From a virus, in IMG/VR virus record IMGVR_UViG_3300026484_000095, positions 45,820-109,819 of that record: a stretch of 64,000 nucleotides of DNA, one strand, 5' to 3'. The position numbers and the translations under genes were made by a program. The notes below the pieces were generated by a model that did no database searches, was not told the origin of the DNA, and saw nothing but the letters and a program-made list of their open reading frames with translations. Below, piece after piece: positions 58,933 through 64,000 of this stretch; position 1 is the first letter of the stretch; each line of letters starts with the position of its first letter.

Positions 58933-60063
58933 ATGAGTATAATTGCATTTGATAAGAATACTGTTGATAACAGTAAAGCTCATAAAAAAGATGTTAGTAA
59001 GGTCAGAGCACCTAATCTAGCTACAAGAAACAAAAAAAGAACTTCGAGAACAAGTATCAAAGCCCCAAGTATTCCTAATAAAATCAAAACCCCTACATTA
59101 CCATCTGTCGGTTTATCTGACCCCAATGAAGATGTTGGTAGTATTTTAAGACCAACAGAAATCGACCCTAAGGATAAGATGAAAAAGGTTAAGTGTGACC
59201 AATTTAATTGTTACATTAATGAAGATGGAACAGAAGCCCACATTAGACACAACTCTAATCCTAGTTTAACAAAGATAGATGATAATGGAGAAACTGTTGA
59301 AGTGCTATTCAATAGTAATGATTGGGTGTTTTCTCAAACAACTGCTGTTGCAAGTGTCGATATTATAGAGGGGTTTAGAATTAAACCTGAAACAGCTAAG
59401 TTCGTTAATAACAACGGAAATGCTTTTAGTGATAGAATCGTTCAAAAGTATTATAAAACATTTATCGGTGCACACAATTATAAAAATCATCTACAAGACC
59501 CTGCACAAAGTTATGGTATCATTCTTGATGCAGTATTGAGAGAAGTACCTATCCCTGAAACAGAAACATCTATTTTCTACATAGACTGTTTAATAGCTAC
59601 AAATAGACATAAAGACGATAAATGGGCTAAGGCTATTGAAAATGGTGTCGTTAAATTTGTTAGTATGGGTGCAGAGAGTTCTAGTTTTAGATGTACTAAT
59701 TGTGGTAACATTGCTACAAGGGTTCAGGATTTTTGTGACCATTTTAAATATCATAAAGGTAAGTATTATATAGACTCAAAGGGTAGAAAGCTTAGAATAG
59801 CTCATTTAGTAGAGGACTATAAGAATGCACAAGGTCAAGGTTATGTTGAGTTTATAGAGTTAAGCTATTTAGATATTAACCCCGCTTTTCAAGGTGCATC
59901 TCAAGCTCATATACTACGAGTTCCTACAAACACTGATGTAGCGATGAATCTTCCTATTGGCTATCTAAGTAAAAGTGCATTTAGAACTTGGGTTGATTCT
60001 TATAAAATCAAAAAAGAGGGTCAAGAGGTAGATTATAATACCCTTATAGATAAGGTATTATAA
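58933..60063 (+). CDS. Putative prohead protease with MSIIA leader
   Basis: NGNAF, NH...GIILDA, VSMG..CTNCG..CDH, FIELS..PAF; lies after the portal. Confidence 0.7.
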   Translation: MSIIAFDKNTVDNSKAHKKDVSKVRAPNLATRNKKRTSRTSIKAPSIPNKIKTPTLPSVGLSDPNEDVGSILRPTEIDPKDKMKKVKCDQFNCYINEDGTEAHIRHNSNPSLTKIDDNGETVEVLFNSNDWVFSQTTAVASVDIIEGFRIKPETAKFVNNNGNAFSDRIVQKYYKTFIGAHNYKNHLQDPAQSYGIILDAVLREVPIPETETSIFYIDCLIATNRHKDDKWAKAIENGVVKFVSMGAESSSFRCTNCGNIATRVQDFCDHFKYHKGKYYIDSKGRKLRIAHLVEDYKNAQGQGYVEFIELSYLDINPAFQGASQAHILRVPTNTDVAMNLPIGYLSKSAFRTWVDSYKIKKEGQEVDYNTLIDKVL

Positions 60064-60078
60064 TAAAAGAGGGTTACA

Positions 60079-61326
60079 ATGAACAGAGGTAATGAAACTC
60101 AAAAGAGAAATTCTTTAGAGAAATTTATGAAGTGGGTTGAAGATAATTCAGACTACACTTCAAATTTTGTATATCATTATGATACTTATATTAATGCTAC
60201 AAAGGGTTTAGAAGTAACTTGTTTAAAACATAATGAGAAATTTAGAAATAGTTTAGCTAGACTAAAAGAGGGTAGAAGCTGTAAAAGATGTTACTACGAA
60301 AAGTTATCTAAAGCCCAATTTAATAACCGTTCTTACAGTATAGAGGAATTGGAAAAAAGATTCCCTACTATATCTTTTGATGAAGCTGAATACATTAATG
60401 CAGTAACTCCTATGAAGCTTTACTGTAAAATACATAAAGAGTATTTTTATAAAGATTATGACCATCTTATAAGGGGTCAGGGCTGTAAAAAGTGTTCAAA
60501 TAAAGGGGTATCTAAGGCTGAGAAAGACTTAGCAGAATGGATAAATTATTATACTCCTATTATAGAGAATTATAAACCTAAATGGTTACAAGGTATGGAG
60601 TTAGATATATTCATACCTGAATTTAATCTAGCGATTGAATATAACGGTCTTTATTGGCATAGTGAAGATTTTTTAGATAAGAATTATCATAAAAGAAAGA
60701 CTGATTTATGTAATGCAAATAATGTAAATCTATTTCATATTTGGGAAGATGAACTTCGAGATAAGACTGATATAATTTTATCAATGTTATTACATAAAAT
60801 GAAATTAACTCCTTTTACCATAGGTGCTAGAGAATGTACTGTAAAAGTTGTTCCTCTTAAAGAAGCTAATGAGTTTTTAGAGAATAATCACTTATTAGGT
60901 GGAAATAGGGCTGTTACCATAAAAGGTCTTTATTATGATAATGAGCTATTGAGTGTTATGACTATGCGAAAAGATGGTGATTATTATAACCTAACAAAGT
61001 TTGCTAACAAAACTTATACAAATGTTCAAGGTGGATTTAGTAAGCTATTAAAGTCTTTTGAGTTAGACCGACCTATAATCTCTTATGCAGAAGATAGATG
61101 GAGTTTGGGTAACTTATATTCTCAAAATGGGTTTAACTTCTCCCATAAATCTCCTCCTAATTATTTTTATGTAAAAGATGGAATTTCTTATAATAAAAAA
61201 TTATTCACTAAGAAGAGATTAAAGAAGCTATATAATTGTAAGGTAGATAATGAGAGGGACTTTATGTATATGCAAGGGTATAGAAGAGTTTATGAGAGTG
61301 GACTCTCTTGTTATATAAAGGATTGA
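60079..61326 (+). CDS. Hef-like homing endonuclease, paralogue of 51110
   Basis: ELDIFIP..AIEYNGLYWHS, NHLLG, GGFSKLL. Confidence 0.8.
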   Translation: MNRGNETQKRNSLEKFMKWVEDNSDYTSNFVYHYDTYINATKGLEVTCLKHNEKFRNSLARLKEGRSCKRCYYEKLSKAQFNNRSYSIEELEKRFPTISFDEAEYINAVTPMKLYCKIHKEYFYKDYDHLIRGQGCKKCSNKGVSKAEKDLAEWINYYTPIIENYKPKWLQGMELDIFIPEFNLAIEYNGLYWHSEDFLDKNYHKRKTDLCNANNVNLFHIWEDELRDKTDIILSMLLHKMKLTPFTIGARECTVKVVPLKEANEFLENNHLLGGNRAVTIKGLYYDNELLSVMTMRKDGDYYNLTKFANKTYTNVQGGFSKLLKSFELDRPIISYAEDRWSLGNLYSQNGFNFSHKSPPNYFYVKDGISYNKKLFTKKRLKKLYNCKVDNERDFMYMQGYRRVYESGLSCYIKD

Positions 61327-61327
61327 T

Positions 61328-62080
61328 ATGTCAGATATTTTAGATAAGATAAAAAATTATGATGATAATGAAAAACCTCATTTCCCCCCAATCGGCGATT
61401 GGCACGGAATCAATGCTACAGCATTTTTCGGCTTCGATAAACTAAAACAATTATATCTTAGTAGTAAAGATGGTATATTGGAGTATGAAAAGAAATACCG
61501 TAAGAAAGCTAAGGGGATGGGTCTAGGTCTGAACTATGGGGGTACTTATAAGGTTCTTCAATCTATTCTAGGAGGTTCAGAAGCAGAAAGTATCAAATTG
61601 TTTTCTAACTATTTCAAACATCTTAAATACTTTAAAGCTCACTTAGATAAGCTAGTAAAAGAAGCTAATAAGGTGTTATATGTTAAAACATTCTTAGGTC
61701 GTAGATTATACCTACCCTCATTAGGAAGTGAAAATTGGCGAGAGAAAGCTAAGGGTCGTAATAAGATATATAACTCTCCTATCCAAGCATTTGGTGCCGA
61801 GACAATTAAACTTATTTTAAATGCTGTCGGTAACTGGGTAGAGAGTAATGATTTAAGTCAACTGCATAATAACAATATATGTAAGAATTATTATCAAAGA
61901 ATTGTATCAATCGACATCAAAGAATGTGATGAGTTCTTAGAGTCATATTTGGAAACAATACCTAATGGCAATGTTAAGCTATTGGTAAAAGATGGTAACA
62001 AGGTAGTTAAAGAGTTCGACAGAAATCTAAAATTATCTATGAGAGATATAAACAATTTTAATATGAACTTGGAGTGGTAA
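61328..62080 (+). CDS. Family A DNA polymerase fragment (fingers/motif B)
   Basis: DWH..A, RKKAKGMGLGLNYG, TFLGRR, NSPIQ..AE..K. Confidence 0.85.
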   Translation: MSDILDKIKNYDDNEKPHFPPIGDWHGINATAFFGFDKLKQLYLSSKDGILEYEKKYRKKAKGMGLGLNYGGTYKVLQSILGGSEAESIKLFSNYFKHLKYFKAHLDKLVKEANKVLYVKTFLGRRLYLPSLGSENWREKAKGRNKIYNSPIQAFGAETIKLILNAVGNWVESNDLSQLHNNNICKNYYQRIVSIDIKECDEFLESYLETIPNGNVKLLVKDGNKVVKEFDRNLKLSMRDINNFNMNLEW

Positions 62081-62081
62081 T

Positions 62082-62639
62082 ATGGGTTTCAAGAGGTCTA
62101 AATATAAAACTGTTGATGATTATAAAAAATCAGTTCAGCAAGATATGGTAGTGTTAGTTAATACAGTCCACGATGAGATAGATTATTTGATAGATGGTAA
62201 ATTGTTAAAACCTATTCTGAAAAAAGTGTCAAATATTTCTACATTGAAAAAGACTATTAATAAGTTAGGGCTACCATATCTCAACTTCTTATTTGATATA
62301 GAGTTCGATAAGTATAATAGTTGGACTTCAAAAGAAGCTCTAAATGTTTATGAGGTTGCAGGTTCTAAGTATGAGCTAGAAGCAATGAATAAACTTAAAT
62401 CTATAAAGGGGAGGGATAGTGATGATAGGTTGTTAGATTCAGATAATTCGGGTAACTCTGATGAAGATACAATAGAAGAGGTTATCATAGACGGTGGGTT
62501 TGAAAAGCTTGATGAGTTAATTAACGCAATTCAAAATTCCGTAGATAAGGGCGAAGTTCGTTTCGGTATCGAAGTGGACGGGGAAGTGATGTATTATAAA
62601 AATCTAGTTAGCAAAAAAGTAATAACTAAGTTTTTGTAA
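62082..62639 (+). CDS. Family A DNA polymerase fragment (motif C)
   Basis: LVNTVHDEI; own GGAG RBS and ATG. Confidence 0.75.
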   Translation: MGFKRSKYKTVDDYKKSVQQDMVVLVNTVHDEIDYLIDGKLLKPILKKVSNISTLKKTINKLGLPYLNFLFDIEFDKYNSWTSKEALNVYEVAGSKYELEAMNKLKSIKGRDSDDRLLDSDNSGNSDEDTIEEVIIDGGFEKLDELINAIQNSVDKGEVRFGIEVDGEVMYYKNLVSKKVITKFL

Positions 62640-62721
62640 ATCTATATTGCTTGGATTTTGTAATAAATCTGATAATTTTGAAATTACTAAATTCTAAAGA
62701 TAAAATAAATAGGAGAATACT

Positions 62722-63987
62722 ATGGACAAAAATGTTCAAATTTTAGATACAATGTCTAGTCTATCTAACTCATTAGATGCGATAGCACAAAAGACTATTG
62801 CAGGTGAGTATGATGTTGACTCTTTACAAAGTAAGCTAGTATCAGTTGCTAATGCTTTGGAAACAACTGCTAATGCAGAGGGTTATATGTTGGGTCAAAT
62901 TTCTGACGCAGATTCATTTTTTACAATGGCTTCAACAACTGATTTTGATGATGCTTATTCAAAAGTTCTTGCCGTTTCTGCACAAGCTACTTTGGTAGGT
63001 CAAATGATACAAGGTGAGCTACAAAAACTTGGTGTAGTTGCTGATGATACAGAAGAAGAAGATAAAGGTGCAGAAGATTCGGATAAAACTGTCGAGGATT
63101 CAGTAGATGATGTTGAAGACTTTGATGAAGATGATACACCTATGGATTCTACTAGTGCTGATATTGAAGATTTAAGAAGTCAAGCAATGGAGTATTTAGA
63201 GGAGGGTCTTTTAACTGAAGCACAAGATACTTTAGAAATTATAGCTGAACTTCAAGCAGAGGCTAAAATTGGTGATGGCAAAGACAAATCAATCAATCAA
63301 AGATTAGATGATATAGCTAAATCGGCCGTTAGTCGAACTTTAAAGAAAACTGGAAATGGTGATAAAGCAAAAGGCGATAAAGCTGCCGCTAGAAAAGCAC
63401 TGGGTGATGCCAACTCAAAGACAGAACATCTTAGACAATACGATGGAGTAACTTCTGGTCGTAAAGGTGGTAATGTTAGAGTTGAAAAAAAGGAAAACGG
63501 TAAGGTAGGTTTAAGTGATGGGAGACCTTCTGCCTTAGGGAAAATGAAAGTCGGAATGAAAACAGGTAAAGCTAGTCCCCTTAACATTAACCATAAAGGT
63601 GGGATGGTAAAAAGTAATAAAGTTAACCGAAAACCTATAGGAGCAGCCCCCTCAGCAACTAAAATGGGAGCTAAAAGAGTAATGAGAACAAGAGCAGATG
63701 AGCTAAAAGCACAAGCTATGGAACTTCTAGCAGATGGATTCACTGTTGAGGCACAAGAGCTTATGACTATCGCTAAAAGATTGGGTGTAGGTAATACACA
63801 CGGGGAAATTAATCCACAAGTGAAAACCGTTGAAAAAGAGGGTGTTAATGATATTATCAACACAGGTAGTAAAGATACAAATCCACCTGCTGTAAAAACA
63901 ACAGCTTCAACAACTGAGGATGCAAGTGCTACTGCTCTAAGTTCAGAAGCAAGTACCCAACCAATGGTTAATTGGAATTTTAATTAA
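62722..63987 (+). CDS. Putative scaffold/head protein with an internal repeat
   Basis: Ala-rich, acidic and basic blocks; two QAME..EAQ repeats; lies after the protease. Confidence 0.5.
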   Translation: MDKNVQILDTMSSLSNSLDAIAQKTIAGEYDVDSLQSKLVSVANALETTANAEGYMLGQISDADSFFTMASTTDFDDAYSKVLAVSAQATLVGQMIQGELQKLGVVADDTEEEDKGAEDSDKTVEDSVDDVEDFDEDDTPMDSTSADIEDLRSQAMEYLEEGLLTEAQDTLEIIAELQAEAKIGDGKDKSINQRLDDIAKSAVSRTLKKTGNGDKAKGDKAAARKALGDANSKTEHLRQYDGVTSGRKGGNVRVEKKENGKVGLSDGRPSALGKMKVGMKTGKASPLNINHKGGMVKSNKVNRKPIGAAPSATKMGAKRVMRTRADELKAQAMELLADGFTVEAQELMTIAKRLGVGNTHGEINPQVKTVEKEGVNDIINTGSKDTNPPAVKTTASTTEDASATALSSEASTQPMVNWNFN

Positions 63988-64000
63988 AAAAAAAAAGGAT

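Noticed and set aside
62070-62090. Readthrough or frameshift joining the two PolA pieces
   Set aside because: The second ORF has its own GGAG RBS and ATG in another frame, no slippery site is evident, and both sides carry non-homologous extensions.
3106-63863. Minus-strand ORFs in the track (e.g. 5261-5590, 21841-22263, 63297-63863)
   Set aside because: They overlap well-supported + strand genes and are Ser/Phe/Leu-rich antisense shadows without recognisable motifs.

Overview
AT-rich, densely coding segment of a large tailed dsDNA phage; essentially every real gene is on the + strand. The NrdA/NrdB type, Hef-like homing endonucleases and apparent GATC/CATG depletion suggest a Campylobacterota host (inference). 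About 1-48 kb covers replication, recombination and nucleotide metabolism: UvrD and Pif1 helicases, SSB, endonuclease VII, RecA, SbcCD, clamp and DnaX, primase, ligase, NrdAB, ThyX-like protein, dCMP deaminase, dUTPase, TMK, three DNA methyltransferase genes and HU. About 49-64 kb is a head module: TerS?, TerL, portal, protease and scaffold-like protein. Highlights: (1) six consecutive genes from just after the portal through the prohead protease begin with M-[RKS]-I-I-A, conserved as peptide rather than DNA. They include a Nudix hydrolase, an ADP-ribosyltransferase-like protein and a HAD phosphatase, and are a candidate capsid-targeting/propeptide system for packaged enzymes. (2) RecA is fractured in its P-loop by an atypically split intein (30-aa IntN, 109-aa IntC) with a free-standing endonuclease between the halves. 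(3) The family A DNA polymerase and SbcC/Rad50 are each split into separate genes. (4) Replication proteins carry recurrent poly-basic termini. (5) A fixed-spacing GTTAATAA-N16-NTATAT promoter-like motif recurs. I saw no tRNA, rRNA or CRISPR array. All calls come from motif reading, without database searches.
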